From: a virus
Lineage: Duplodnaviria > Caudoviricetes
Virus record (IMG/VR): IMGVR_UViG_3300032291_002473
Span: 1-58,652 of that record
DNA length: 58,652 nt
Reading direction: 5' to 3' (one strand)
Numbering within the stretch: position 1 is the first letter of the stretch; each line of letters begins with the position of its first letter. Positions 40,980-51,071 of this stretch are shown here, in pieces. Made by a program: the position numbers and the translations under genes. The notes beneath the pieces are model-generated. The model made no database searches, was not told the origin of the DNA, and saw nothing but the letters and a program-made list of their open reading frames with translations.

Positions 40980-41377
40980 TACTTGATGAATTGTTTAAGG
41001 TTAGGTTTAAAATAACCAGGTCCCTTAAGGATTTTACCATCTTCGCGCAAAAGCGGTCTACCATCAGGTCCTAATTTACTCATATTAGAACTGTGGATCT
41101 CAGCAAACACATCTTCTATGATATGCTGCATACCATGTTTCAATATGGTACCGCACAAAATATAAAGCTGATCACCTAATGCATCAGCAATACCTTCCAG
41201 TCTTTGTTCTGCACTCATAACACCTTCTAAAGCTGCTTGAATATATTCATCATTCTCTTCAGCCATAAGTCTGTGTCTTAACACAACTTCATCATGACTA
41301 ATTAATACTGGTTCTGTACCATTTATTTGTTGAAATCCCTCATGGAAATCCTTCACTTTATTTAACTGTACTTTCAT
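40979..41377 (-). CDS. MazG-like all-alpha nucleoside triphosphate pyrophosphohydrolase
   Basis: EENDEY, DALGDQLY and SNMSKL...REDGKILKG motifs. Confidence 0.85.
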   Translation of the reverse strand: MKVQLNKVKDFHEGFQQINGTEPVLISHDEVVLRHRLMAEENDEYIQAALEGVMSAEQRLEGIADALGDQLYILCGTILKHGMQHIIEDVFAEIHSSNMSKLGPDGRPLLREDGKILKGPGYFKPNLKQFIK

Positions 41378-41397
41378 AATTTATTTTTTGTAAAGAT

Positions 41398-41429
41398 AAA
41401 AAAAAGTGGATACATTTCTGTACCCACTT
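41398..41429 (-). terminator. Probable terminator after the DUF932-like gene
   Basis: AAGTGGATAC/GTACCCACTT stem with a T tract on the minus strand. A TATCTTTAC (-7-like) element follows at 41390-41398. Confidence 0.6.
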
Positions 41430-41473
41430 GATTGATATATTTGTTTAACTATACTCCCTTGGAGCAAGTGTCT

Positions 41474-42892
41474 TTATAGGAAGAATTCACCTCCTAGTGT
41501 ATCTTTTTTATCATCATTATCAAAATCTAAATCAAAGTCATCCCAATCATCAACTACCTTAGTTTCAGTAGGTTTAACTTCTTCTACTTCAACTTCTACT
41601 TCATCTTCAATAACTGGTGATAAGTATTCAGGATCATTATCTACACCGTATAACTGTGAAGCTAATTCATCTTCTGTAAGTGTAACAACAGCTTTAGCTT
41701 CATCTGCAGCTTTAAGTCCTTCAAAAATAATCTGATCAGTAGTTGGTAAAACTAATTCTTCTTCTACTACCAGTTTATATCCTTCAATTGTAAACTCTTC
41801 TTCAGGTTCACCTTCTATTGCAGCTACTCTAGCATTATATTCTTCATCAGACTCAATGTGAATCTTGATATCATCAACTACTGCTGTTGCTTCATAAATA
41901 GTAGTAACTTCATCAACTACAGGTGCTTCAAAAGTATTACCTACTGGATCCTCATATAATAAACCATTGCCAACTGCATATCTTGGATCCTCATACCATA
42001 CAACATCTCTTTCAGCTTCTTCTCTTTCTTCAATAGCTTGAACTAAGTCAGCTTCTACTTCAGCTTTCTCAATCTCAGTAAGAATGTTTAACTGATTCTC
42101 AGGCTCACCATAATTTAACGCTAATGGATCAACAATATCTAAGTCAATGTCTTCTGTTGTATCATCAGTAAAGTTAACTAAATCAAACTCCATTGCAATA
42201 AACCAGTGTAGTTTTCTTTGATCATCCATCCAATCTTTTGGATGTGATTTTTTCAATGCATAAGTAACATGATTATAAAATGCCCATAAAGAATTGAAGT
42301 CACAGTTATAATCATAACTTGGTTTTTCCATCTGATTTTTTACAACTGATATTTGCTCATTAGTAAGAATCTCATATTCAGCATATAAGATACCTAATAA
42401 CTCAGCTTGTTTTCTTTCAGTCAATGTAATCTTTTTCATTGTGTCTTTATCAGCAACAATCTGAGTAAAGTACTCATCTGCATTACTAATCTGATCAATG
42501 ATAGTTTTAATAGTATCAGCATCTGCGGTTCCAGAATGTCTTCTGCTGTATGAACCCATATCTCCAGCTACCACTCCATTCATGCATATGAATACATATC
42601 CACCAATACCACACTTGAATCTCATAGTTTTGTTGTAACTGTTTGACCATGCAAACATCATCCCAACTTCTGGATCTTTTGTGTAGTTTAAATAATAAAT
42701 ACCTTGAGCAATAGAGCCGTCTGAATTAGCTCTATATTTCTCATCAGCAACAGTAAAACCATGTAGAGCTAATTGCTCTAATGCATTACTAATTACAAAC
42801 TCATGTGATATAACTGTGTATGTATCAGCATGGTTTGGTAAAGGAATAGTTCCTAAATATTCTCTTGTACAATTTTGTGTTCTTACGGCCAT
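41474..42892 (-). CDS. DUF932-like protein with long acidic C-terminal tail
   Basis: N-terminal TYTVISH...NSYN...G-x-x-VF-x-C-x-NG...H...SLWAFYN pattern of DUF932/DUF945-like proteins. The C-terminal ~230 aa are very D/E-rich. Confidence 0.6.
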   Translation of the reverse strand: MAVRTQNCTREYLGTIPLPNHADTYTVISHEFVISNALEQLALHGFTVADEKYRANSDGSIAQGIYYLNYTKDPEVGMMFAWSNSYNKTMRFKCGIGGYVFICMNGVVAGDMGSYSRRHSGTADADTIKTIIDQISNADEYFTQIVADKDTMKKITLTERKQAELLGILYAEYEILTNEQISVVKNQMEKPSYDYNCDFNSLWAFYNHVTYALKKSHPKDWMDDQRKLHWFIAMEFDLVNFTDDTTEDIDLDIVDPLALNYGEPENQLNILTEIEKAEVEADLVQAIEEREEAERDVVWYEDPRYAVGNGLLYEDPVGNTFEAPVVDEVTTIYEATAVVDDIKIHIESDEEYNARVAAIEGEPEEEFTIEGYKLVVEEELVLPTTDQIIFEGLKAADEAKAVVTLTEDELASQLYGVDNDPEYLSPVIEDEVEVEVEEVKPTETKVVDDWDDFDLDFDNDDKKDTLGGEFFL

Positions 42893-42893
42893 C

Positions 42894-44882
42894 TTAAAAT
42901 AATTTTAACTGATTAATAATTGGTTCTAACTGTCTAATCTCTTTATTTATCTTCTCTAGATAAAACTTGGGATTGACTAAGTACTCTTCAAAGGGTTTCT
43001 CTACATAGTTGATGAAAACAGTTTGCATCCACTTACCACTTTCAACTTGTATTTGTCTACCATCTGAGTTATTCTTTTTAATAATCTTACTACCTCTTTC
43101 AGATATATAATACCTAATAGTATGTTGAAGATTAGTTACTGTGTGCTCATTATTCTCTACTTTCTCTTCTTGAAATGACCAGTCACCTTTTATCTTAACT
43201 CCTCCACAATAATCAAAGATATTATTTTGGGTTTTCAGATAATCTTCTGGTACCGTACCATGTACAAAATAGTTATATATAGTTCTAGGAATAATTAAAA
43301 AGCTTTTGTTTTTATGCAAGGCCAGATTGTTAAACTCAAAAGCTCCTTTACATTTAGTTGCAGCATAATAGAATTTATCATTCTCTTCTTTAAAAAGATA
43401 GTGTGAATTCTCTTGCTTAATTTCATTATATCTATCTTCATCAACAAGTTTGTAATCATGCACGGCTATATAATTATTTACATCCCGGATGATCATTTTA
43501 CTATATGTATCATGTTCTAGTTCAAGTTGAGTAATTTTTTCCCATCTAGCGCATATCTCCAAATATTTTTCCTGATACTCTCTTGGTATGATAGTTTCTA
43601 AACCATCAGTATTCTGCATTAATGGTACCGCATTTGGAATCTCCTCAACTATCATTTCATATAGCATACAAAGACTCAACTGGCCATTAATAGTTACGAG
43701 CATAGTTAGTTGAGGGTCATATAAAAAACTATTAGCATCATTACTTAATCCATAAGTACTGTTCAGTATAATCTTATATACATAATTTCTTACATCTTTC
43801 TTGCTTATCTTTTTTCTCTCATCAAAAAACCATTCATACAATTCACAGAATTCTACTTTAGGTAAATGTGCAGGAGCCCAACCATTTCTAATTATTAAAT
43901 TTGGATAATATGACACCACATCACTTGTCATAATAATAACATCTTTATCAGATTTATAGATACCACTATTTCTAGCACCATGAATACCACCTAAACCAAA
44001 ATCAGTCTTTACACCTTTATAGTTTATAGAATATTTGAATCCTCCTTTTGTATGTTCTGGATACACAACTATATCATTAAATACTGATAATAGTTTCTGA
44101 AAAGTTGCAGTCTCAAACTTTACATAATCAAGAATGATATCCTTTACCTGGATACTATCTCTTTTAGTTCTTAACTGTCTTAACTCATATTTTTTAATCC
44201 CAGTACTCTCACTCAAGAAATGTAAAAATAACTCTTTACTAATTCTTGGTTCTGATGCACTGAATAAAGGAATATTATACTCCTCTGTTAATGTCTTTCT
44301 TAATGCAATTTGATTTTTACTAAGCTGCATTATTCTCTTAGTTGATACAACATCATTAATACAATAACCAATTATCATATCAATTTGCTCAAATGTGGTT
44401 ACCTTAGTAGTATGGTGTAAAGGCATGTCTTGAATACTTTCCCAATCCATACTATACTGAATCCACTTTAAACTTGATCTCTTAGCAGGATTATCCCAAT
44501 GATTTAACTTGAATACATCTACTTGCTTAATGCTCATAGTTTTCTCATAAAAATCTAGAAACTCACCGGAACCTTGTTTATAAATTACATACTGCGCTTT
44601 ACTATAAATCCATTCAGCAATTTCACATCCACTCATAAAGGATAAGCTACCTGCATTTTGAATTATATACTCAGTTATTTGACCATCAAATCCTAATCCA
44701 TTATAAGATACATGCCACTCACCATACAGTACATTTCTTTTAAGGAATTCAATATAGTCATCCCAATCATTTTGTAAATCATGTATTACAAAGGTTCTTG
44801 TATCATCTGACTTAACATCCTGAAACACAGCAATAAAGCAATTGCTCATTGTTTCATAGTCCATTACCCAATTTTGTTTCAT
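42894..44882 (-). CDS. Family B DNA polymerase with 3'-5' exonuclease
   Basis: ExoI DYE, ExoII YNGLGFD, ExoIII YCINDV; polymerase motif A DVVSYYPN, motif B KIILNSTYG, motif C NTDG. Confidence 0.93.
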   Translation of the reverse strand: MKQNWVMDYETMSNCFIAVFQDVKSDDTRTFVIHDLQNDWDDYIEFLKRNVLYGEWHVSYNGLGFDGQITEYIIQNAGSLSFMSGCEIAEWIYSKAQYVIYKQGSGEFLDFYEKTMSIKQVDVFKLNHWDNPAKRSSLKWIQYSMDWESIQDMPLHHTTKVTTFEQIDMIIGYCINDVVSTKRIMQLSKNQIALRKTLTEEYNIPLFSASEPRISKELFLHFLSESTGIKKYELRQLRTKRDSIQVKDIILDYVKFETATFQKLLSVFNDIVVYPEHTKGGFKYSINYKGVKTDFGLGGIHGARNSGIYKSDKDVIIMTSDVVSYYPNLIIRNGWAPAHLPKVEFCELYEWFFDERKKISKKDVRNYVYKIILNSTYGLSNDANSFLYDPQLTMLVTINGQLSLCMLYEMIVEEIPNAVPLMQNTDGLETIIPREYQEKYLEICARWEKITQLELEHDTYSKMIIRDVNNYIAVHDYKLVDEDRYNEIKQENSHYLFKEENDKFYYAATKCKGAFEFNNLALHKNKSFLIIPRTIYNYFVHGTVPEDYLKTQNNIFDYCGGVKIKGDWSFQEEKVENNEHTVTNLQHTIRYYISERGSKIIKKNNSDGRQIQVESGKWMQTVFINYVEKPFEEYLVNPKFYLEKINKEIRQLEPIINQLKLF

Positions 44883-44916
44883 AATCCTTATTCAGTTAAG
44901 CTGTTTCCCCATATAT

Positions 44917-44949
44917 AAAAGCACAGAGGGAAGTTGATTTCCCCCTGTG
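44917..44949 (-). terminator. Probable terminator/attenuator upstream of the polymerase gene
   Basis: Minus strand CACAGGGGGAA-ATCAAC-TTCCCTCTGTG followed by CTTTT. Confidence 0.65.
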
Positions 44950-44965
44950 AAATTTGTGTAAATAA

Positions 44966-45352
44966 TTATTTTACTGCTGGAGCAGGTATTTCTAATATTG
45001 ACTCAATATCAAACTCTTCAGCATTAGACGCTAAATAATATACTAATTCCTTAATATCTGATTTATTATCTAAATAATATTCTTGGAATGTTTCACTTGA
45101 TACTCTTTCTTCTTTAACATTTCTACCATTAGGTCTCAATGCTACAGTAGCTGTTGGATCACCATTCTCATCTAATTTTGGTAACATGTGCAAAGTAGTC
45201 TTAGTTGTTTTACCAATGATAACAAACAACTGTGATGTTACATCATAAATACACTCTACATACGGGCAATCATTAGATACTGGTATTAATCTAAATGTTT
45301 TGTGACCATTCCATTCAGAATTAATAGCCAACATTGTTCTTTTTCCTGACAT
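44966..45352 (-). CDS. Hypothetical protein
   Basis: 128-aa ORF in operon context; no motif recognised. Confidence 0.65.
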   Translation of the reverse strand: MSGKRTMLAINSEWNGHKTFRLIPVSNDCPYVECIYDVTSQLFVIIGKTTKTTLHMLPKLDENGDPTATVALRPNGRNVKEERVSSETFQEYYLDNKSDIKELVYYLASNAEEFDIESILEIPAPAVK

Positions 45353-45376
45353 ACTATTTTATTTTTAGTTTACAAA

Positions 45377-45943
45377 TTACTCACTTATTTTTGGATTCTG
45401 CAACTCTTGTACAGTAACCATTAATATTTCTTTTTCCATGTCTGGTTTAGTACATAGTTCCCCTACATTTTTAAGCAATTCTTCATTTACTCCTAGCAAC
45501 TCAGAGTAAATGTTGAAATACTTTTCAGGAAACAAAAAACTATCCATATACATGTGATTACTCCCATTCTTATCAAAATGGTCCCTTATTTTGCGCTTTA
45601 CTGTTGGATTCATCTTACTATATCTACCGTTGATTAAATGCATCCAATCTGATTCCATATCAGAAAAATCAAATGTATATAATACTTCAGTATCATTTAG
45701 TTTAATGTAATCACTTAGCCGATTATGTTTCAGTAATACATTTTTTTCAAAGTTGATGTAATCTTGATCTTTTCTCTCATGATATACAGCAACTAGTTTC
45801 ATATCCTCGGGTGCTACATAATCATTCCAGCCAAAATATGTTTGAACTGGAGTGACACTTACACCCTTTTTAATACCTAAGAGCGGATAGACAAATATCT
45901 TAGATTTTTGAAAATAATTCTTATAAAGCGCATCAATACTCAT
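45377..45943 (-). CDS. Hypothetical protein
   Basis: 188-aa ORF tightly downstream of the exonuclease. Confidence 0.65.
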   Translation of the reverse strand: MSIDALYKNYFQKSKIFVYPLLGIKKGVSVTPVQTYFGWNDYVAPEDMKLVAVYHERKDQDYINFEKNVLLKHNRLSDYIKLNDTEVLYTFDFSDMESDWMHLINGRYSKMNPTVKRKIRDHFDKNGSNHMYMDSFLFPEKYFNIYSELLGVNEELLKNVGELCTKPDMEKEILMVTVQELQNPKISE

Positions 45944-45946
45944 AAC

Positions 45947-46957
45947 TTACAATTTAATTTTACCTGTTGCTAATTCATATGGTAATGTAAAGTCTTTATT
46001 GCTATAATGATAGTCTACTACATTCAATATCTCTTTAAAGTCTTCTTCCCATACTTTTAATGTCTCATCTGATACCTGAAATGGGTAAATTAAATTAGCT
46101 CTATCAATCACTACAAAAGTAATTACAACTTTCCATTCAGACGCATCAGGTAAACCTTTAAGATATTTACCTAAACTCAATTGTTTATACATTACTGCTT
46201 GTATCCAATATTTGTAGTATTGCACTGAGTCTGGAAAGTCTTGAATAGCTTTACCTGTTGTCTTTAAATCATTAATGAATAAAGTCTTAGTATTGTGATC
46301 CATAACCACATTATCTAAGATACCTTTAAAACCAAACTTGTATTTACTTGATCTTAACTGTACTCCTTCTTCATTATATATTTTTACATTTTCATCTTTA
46401 TCATTATCAAGTTGCATTAGACTTCTTACAGTCTCATGATTTCTCAATAACTCTACAGATTCTTTTGCGGTGTCTAGTGTAGTTTGATCTACAATAGTCT
46501 TACCTTGTTTTACTTTTAAAAATTCAAAGTATTGTGTGTTCTGTTCAGTCACCATTTTTGCAATCCTACCTTCATCAGTTTTCAATGACTGGTGTAAATT
46601 AATACCAGCAAGTACACTAATTATTGAATCAGGAAAATCAGCCAATGTTAAATCAGTATCAGGTTGTGATTGAAAAACCTTAAAGACTTCATCCACAAGT
46701 AATCTATTATTATCTTTTGGTAGATTACTTGGTATTACAATAAATTCATCATTGAACTTATCTGGTTCAAGTAGTAAACAATGTATTACTTTCCCTGCCA
46801 CTAAATGAGCATCAACCATATCTTCTTTTTGATTTAAGATATAGTGTTTATAAAAAGCTGCTGGTGAATACAACAGCTTATTTATACTTGAGTAACTAAA
46901 ATAAAAGTCACTTTTATAAAATTGATCTAATTCTTCATTATAAGAAATACCCATCAT
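45947..46957 (-). CDS. PD-(D/E)XK exonuclease (RecE/DUF3799-like)
   Basis: SYSSI, GKVIHCLLLEP, KGILD, INDLKTTG and YWIQAVMY motifs. Confidence 0.8.
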   Translation of the reverse strand: MMGISYNEELDQFYKSDFYFSYSSINKLLYSPAAFYKHYILNQKEDMVDAHLVAGKVIHCLLLEPDKFNDEFIVIPSNLPKDNNRLLVDEVFKVFQSQPDTDLTLADFPDSIISVLAGINLHQSLKTDEGRIAKMVTEQNTQYFEFLKVKQGKTIVDQTTLDTAKESVELLRNHETVRSLMQLDNDKDENVKIYNEEGVQLRSSKYKFGFKGILDNVVMDHNTKTLFINDLKTTGKAIQDFPDSVQYYKYWIQAVMYKQLSLGKYLKGLPDASEWKVVITFVVIDRANLIYPFQVSDETLKVWEEDFKEILNVVDYHYSNKDFTLPYELATGKIKL

Positions 46958-48230
46958 TATTTGTTTTAGGTTCTATTATTACATTGTCAAAGTCTATTAA
47001 CTCTTTTGTAGGTGTGTTAACTACTTCTTCAACTGTCTCTACCACTTCTTCAACAGTTTCTTCTACAGTTGCAAGTACAGCCTCTTCTTCAAGAGATACT
47101 GGTTGTACAACTTGTTCTTCAATCTCAGGAGTTTGTGGTACAAAATCATCAAATACTTTATACTCATAATTTAAATTCAAAACAGCTAGCATCTCTTCTG
47201 ACATACTGATTGTTTTAACTCTAAAGTGTTTAGTATCACCATTATCTGCGATTTTTGCTCCTAATTTTTTTAGTACTAAATCAACATTTTCTTTAGTCAA
47301 CTGACCATGGTCTCTCAATTTTTCCATGATGTCATCAACACTTAAGTAAAAATACCAACCGCTGATATCCATCATTGCAAGTAAAGACTTAAAATTCACA
47401 TGACTTTTAGTTCTTGACTCTTGTAAACGGGTACTATACTCATGAAATAACAAACACAAATACAAAAGACTACCTTCAAAGTTTGAGTTAGCCATGATCT
47501 CCATTGCCATTGTATGATTATCTCTATCTGAGCTATCAAACATTTCACATAAGCTTTCATACATGTTTTCTTCAATAGCTAATGCATCATCACCATTTAA
47601 ATACTTAAGAAGATCAGATTCATTATAAACAGGACATGTTGCATTTAGAATCTCAGTATATGATGTAAAATGCGTATCACTAATGTAATACATTCTTTGA
47701 GATGAAAAAGATGTACCATTATTTATACGAAATGGTATATTTGAATGTTCAAGTATACCTCTTGTATGATAAGATATTGCAATATAGTCATTTGTATAAA
47801 ACTCTAATGCATCTTTTACTTTTTCAACATAATAAGCATCAATAACACCATTATTTACAGCTTCTTCTATAAAAGTTTTAAAACCTTCAGTTGTAACTTT
47901 ATAATTCCATACATCTTCAGTATATTTTGAGAATGCATTATTAGATACAAAAATTGCAGTTGCATCCTCTATCTTTGTTGTTGCTTTAATCTTATAATCT
48001 TTTGTAAGATTTTTAAGTTTTACTCTAGGTATAGTTACAGCTTTACCAAAGAATAATTTATCTTTTTGAACAGGTTCATAACCTTCAGTTATATTTGTAA
48101 ATAAATCTTTTGTAGGTGTAAACGTACCTATTTTAGATTCAAAACTTACAGTAAGTCCTAAATCTTTTATATCACCTGTATTATAAAAAGTACTATCTAT
48201 GGTTAACTCTGCTATTAAAATTTTTTCCAT
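46938..48230 (-). CDS. Hypothetical protein associated with the MoxR/vWA module
   Basis: 430 aa with an acidic tail. Internal segment is similar to the 50667-51071 protein. Confidence 0.65.
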   Translation of the reverse strand: MEKILIAELTIDSTFYNTGDIKDLGLTVSFESKIGTFTPTKDLFTNITEGYEPVQKDKLFFGKAVTIPRVKLKNLTKDYKIKATTKIEDATAIFVSNNAFSKYTEDVWNYKVTTEGFKTFIEEAVNNGVIDAYYVEKVKDALEFYTNDYIAISYHTRGILEHSNIPFRINNGTSFSSQRMYYISDTHFTSYTEILNATCPVYNESDLLKYLNGDDALAIEENMYESLCEMFDSSDRDNHTMAMEIMANSNFEGSLLYLCLLFHEYSTRLQESRTKSHVNFKSLLAMMDISGWYFYLSVDDIMEKLRDHGQLTKENVDLVLKKLGAKIADNGDTKHFRVKTISMSEEMLAVLNLNYEYKVFDDFVPQTPEIEEQVVQPVSLEEEAVLATVEETVEEVVETVEEVVNTPTKELIDFDNVIIEPKTNNDGYFL

Positions 48231-48240
48231 ATTTTAAGTT

Positions 48241-48267
48241 AAAAAAAGCGGCTTTTTACACCGCTTT
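48241..48267 (-). terminator. Probable terminator after the AAA+ ATPase
   Basis: AAAGCGG/CCGCTTT stem with a T7 tract on the minus strand. Confidence 0.6.
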
Positions 48268-48278
48268 ATATTTATATT

Positions 48279-49454
48279 TTATTTAACTGCCATCTTAACT
48301 ACCAATGGATTTTGCATCAATCTAGCAAACTTAGGTTTATTACCTGCTAAAATTTCTTTTACCATGTAATACTTAAGATCATTAGTGAATGCATCACAAT
48401 CTGTAGTCAATTTAACCAAACGGTTAATCATTGTATCACTTACTGCATGCTCAGATGCATGCTTCAATGAATAATTAATGATTCTTGTAGTGATAATACT
48501 ACTGATGTCAGCTCTATAATCATCTCCCGTACCTACCGCACCATTTAATGCTCCTATAACATATGCCTCATTAGTATTAGTTAATACATCTTTAGGAGAA
48601 ATAATTTTATCCATCTTGTTATTAATGAACATAGTAAACATACTAGAGAACTCAGCTCCAACAGAACCCTCACCAATCATTTGGATTAATGGTAACTCTT
48701 CTTCAAACTTTTCAATAGAACTGATAGCATTAAAGAAAGTAGTAATAGCTCTTGGATTAATATTTTGAGTTACAAGTTCAGGATTCATTAAAATAAAATT
48801 TATTCCACGTCCATCAATACCAAATCCTTCAGCCCATTTAGCCCAAGTATTAACATCAAATTTCATTTCAACTGTAATATATCTTGTTGTTTGAGCAATA
48901 TCTTGTGCAGTAACAGAGTAATCTCCATTATCAGGATTTTGACTTAATAAAATAGTCCAACCTTTAGGTAATTTCCATGAAACATATGTTTGTCTATCAA
49001 TTAATTCCATGCAGGCCTGAATAAAGCGTAAATCAGCTCTATTCCAGTCATCTAATAATAAAATACCACCTTTAGTTTTACCTTCAATCCATTCTGGTGC
49101 CGCATAGTTCATTCTATTTCTACCAGTTGGCTTATATCTATTTTTGATATATGTATCCATAATAGTTTCAGGAACCCATTTGTTCACACCATCTTCTCTT
49201 ACCATTTCAAACTCTTTGAATGGAAAACCAACTAAATCACCTAATTCTTCAATCTGTGATAAATTTAATTTAACCACATCTAAGTTTAATTCTTCACCAA
49301 CTTGCATGATTGAAGATGTTTTACCTAAACCTGCTTCACCAACAACAGCTAATGCTGTAGGCATCTTGCCTGTTTGTTGAAGAATTTCATTATTTTTAAC
49401 AATATGTTTAATAAAGTTTTTTAACTCATCTGCATTTAATTGAATCTGACTCAT
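48279..49454 (-). CDS. MoxR-type AAA+ ATPase
   Basis: Walker A GEAGLGKT, LSQ...DLVGFP, Walker B ILLLDDWNR, sensor N-P. Adjacent to a vWA partner. Confidence 0.85.
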   Translation of the reverse strand: MSQIQLNADELKNFIKHIVKNNEILQQTGKMPTALAVVGEAGLGKTSSIMQVGEELNLDVVKLNLSQIEELGDLVGFPFKEFEMVREDGVNKWVPETIMDTYIKNRYKPTGRNRMNYAAPEWIEGKTKGGILLLDDWNRADLRFIQACMELIDRQTYVSWKLPKGWTILLSQNPDNGDYSVTAQDIAQTTRYITVEMKFDVNTWAKWAEGFGIDGRGINFILMNPELVTQNINPRAITTFFNAISSIEKFEEELPLIQMIGEGSVGAEFSSMFTMFINNKMDKIISPKDVLTNTNEAYVIGALNGAVGTGDDYRADISSIITTRIINYSLKHASEHAVSDTMINRLVKLTTDCDAFTNDLKYYMVKEILAGNKPKFARLMQNPLVVKMAVK

Positions 49455-49474
49455 CTTTTTTAATTTTTTTTAAT

Positions 49475-50674
49475 TTATAACTCAAGTTTTATCACCTTTC
49501 CCGGAAGGCTGTTATTCATGTGGGATTGTTCAGACAGCACCCATAAAACAGGAGCTTTTGGCTTAACATCAGTATAACATTCACCATCAGTGAAATATAC
49601 CAAGCTAGTAAACTTTTTTATATTCTCATTATAATACTCAAGGACGGGAGAAAACTCAGTCCCACCTCTACCATATATAGTAATTTCATTTTTGCCTTTA
49701 TACGGCTCTATACTTTTAATAGCCGTATCACACTGAACTATAGTAATGTCAACACCTTGTTTATAAATATGGTGAATCTCATTCATAAATTCATGTAACT
49801 CCTTGTCACATACCGATTGAGAGGTATCTATTGCCAACAACATGTGTTGTTTCATTTTAATCTTTAGACCAGGATTTTCAGAATATCTTCTATTCTCTTT
49901 TCTCCTTATCTTTTTAGTATACACTTTAGATGATACACCAGTAAATCTTCTGATATAACCTTTCCAATCAAACTTAGGTGGAGTGATTGCTTCCATTTCA
50001 AGTAGTCCCTCAATTTCTCCAGGAACACTACCTCTTTTCTTTTCAGTCATCTCCTTAGCATCATTGAGAATCTTATTCAATTGCTTCTCAATTAGCTTCT
50101 GTTCAGCTTCAGTCATGTCTTCAAAGTCAGACCAAGTTGGGTGATCACTACCCATGTCGTCACCAGAGTCCATCTGATCACATACTTTGTCAAAGTTTTC
50201 ATCACCACTTGTACCGTTTTCACCACCTTTGTCTTTCTTTTCTTTAGCTTGTTGTAGTTTCTCATAGTAATATCTACAACCTGCTTTTCTATCTAAATTC
50301 AAATCAGGATAATCATCAATATTAACACCACCTTCAGGTAGAAGATGTGGTAAAATATATTGATTGATTTCGCAATCCATTGCCCAATTAGCCAATTTCT
50401 TATCACTGAATTTAAAATACATTGTAAGATGACCAAATGCGATGTGAAGAAGTTCGTGCTTGATGAGGCCAAGTCTATGATCTTCAGAGAGTTGACTCCA
50501 AAAGTCTTCATTAATAGTAAGCTGATAATTGATATTATGCTTACTAACACCAGCAGTTGGAACTCTTTTATTATCCCATACCTTATTTAACATTATCAAG
50601 AAGAACCCATAATATGGTTCTGATAACATTAAATTTTTACTGGTTTTTGCTAAACTATCTTCTCTATTAATCAT
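49475..50674 (-). CDS. HExxH metallopeptidase-like + vWA domain protein (DUF2201-like)
   Basis: PTAGV, HELLH, NWAMDCEIN; MIDAS DTSQS, GRGGT, FTDG. Confidence 0.85.
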   Translation of the reverse strand: MINREDSLAKTSKNLMLSEPYYGFFLIMLNKVWDNKRVPTAGVSKHNINYQLTINEDFWSQLSEDHRLGLIKHELLHIAFGHLTMYFKFSDKKLANWAMDCEINQYILPHLLPEGGVNIDDYPDLNLDRKAGCRYYYEKLQQAKEKKDKGGENGTSGDENFDKVCDQMDSGDDMGSDHPTWSDFEDMTEAEQKLIEKQLNKILNDAKEMTEKKRGSVPGEIEGLLEMEAITPPKFDWKGYIRRFTGVSSKVYTKKIRRKENRRYSENPGLKIKMKQHMLLAIDTSQSVCDKELHEFMNEIHHIYKQGVDITIVQCDTAIKSIEPYKGKNEITIYGRGGTEFSPVLEYYNENIKKFTSLVYFTDGECYTDVKPKAPVLWVLSEQSHMNNSLPGKVIKLEL

Positions 50675-51071
50675 TCTTTAATGTTATTGAATAGTTTAAT
50701 TTATCTACGGGATAACCCCAACTTTTCATGCTTTTCTTTAGTGTTTCAACATGTAATTGTAAAAACATATCTACTACATCAGATTCAGCAGTTAAATTAA
50801 TTAATGTTGTCAAAACATTATTAACTGTAGGTTTATATTCACTATAAACACCCATACCTCTTATAACATCAATAACATTGGGTATATTTTCTTCCCAATA
50901 ATTATTATCTTTATTGCTTTCTGCGTATAATAAAACTAACCATGCTTTAGATTTTTCAATATCACAGTTATTTACTATCTCATTTGCAACTAACCAATTA
51001 TCTTTATCAGTTGATGCATACATATCCATTACACTCTTTACATTCTCTCTATTCAGTACTACTTTTTCCAT
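50667..51071 (-). CDS. Hypothetical protein (partial paralogue of 46938-48230)
   Basis: 134 aa; 14/36 ungapped identity to an internal segment of the 430-aa protein. Confidence 0.65.
   Translation of the reverse strand: MEKVVLNRENVKSVMDMYASTDKDNWLVANEIVNNCDIEKSKAWLVLLYAESNKDNNYWEENIPNVIDVIRGMGVYSEYKPTVNNVLTTLINLTAESDVVDMFLQLHVETLKKSMKSWGYPVDKLNYSITLKND

Noticed and set aside
44883-44912. Mini hairpin/pseudoknot (CAG-CTTA-A-CTG-AA-TAAG) before the polymerase start as a translational operator
   Set aside because: The stems are only 3-4 bp and cannot be distinguished from chance without comparative data.
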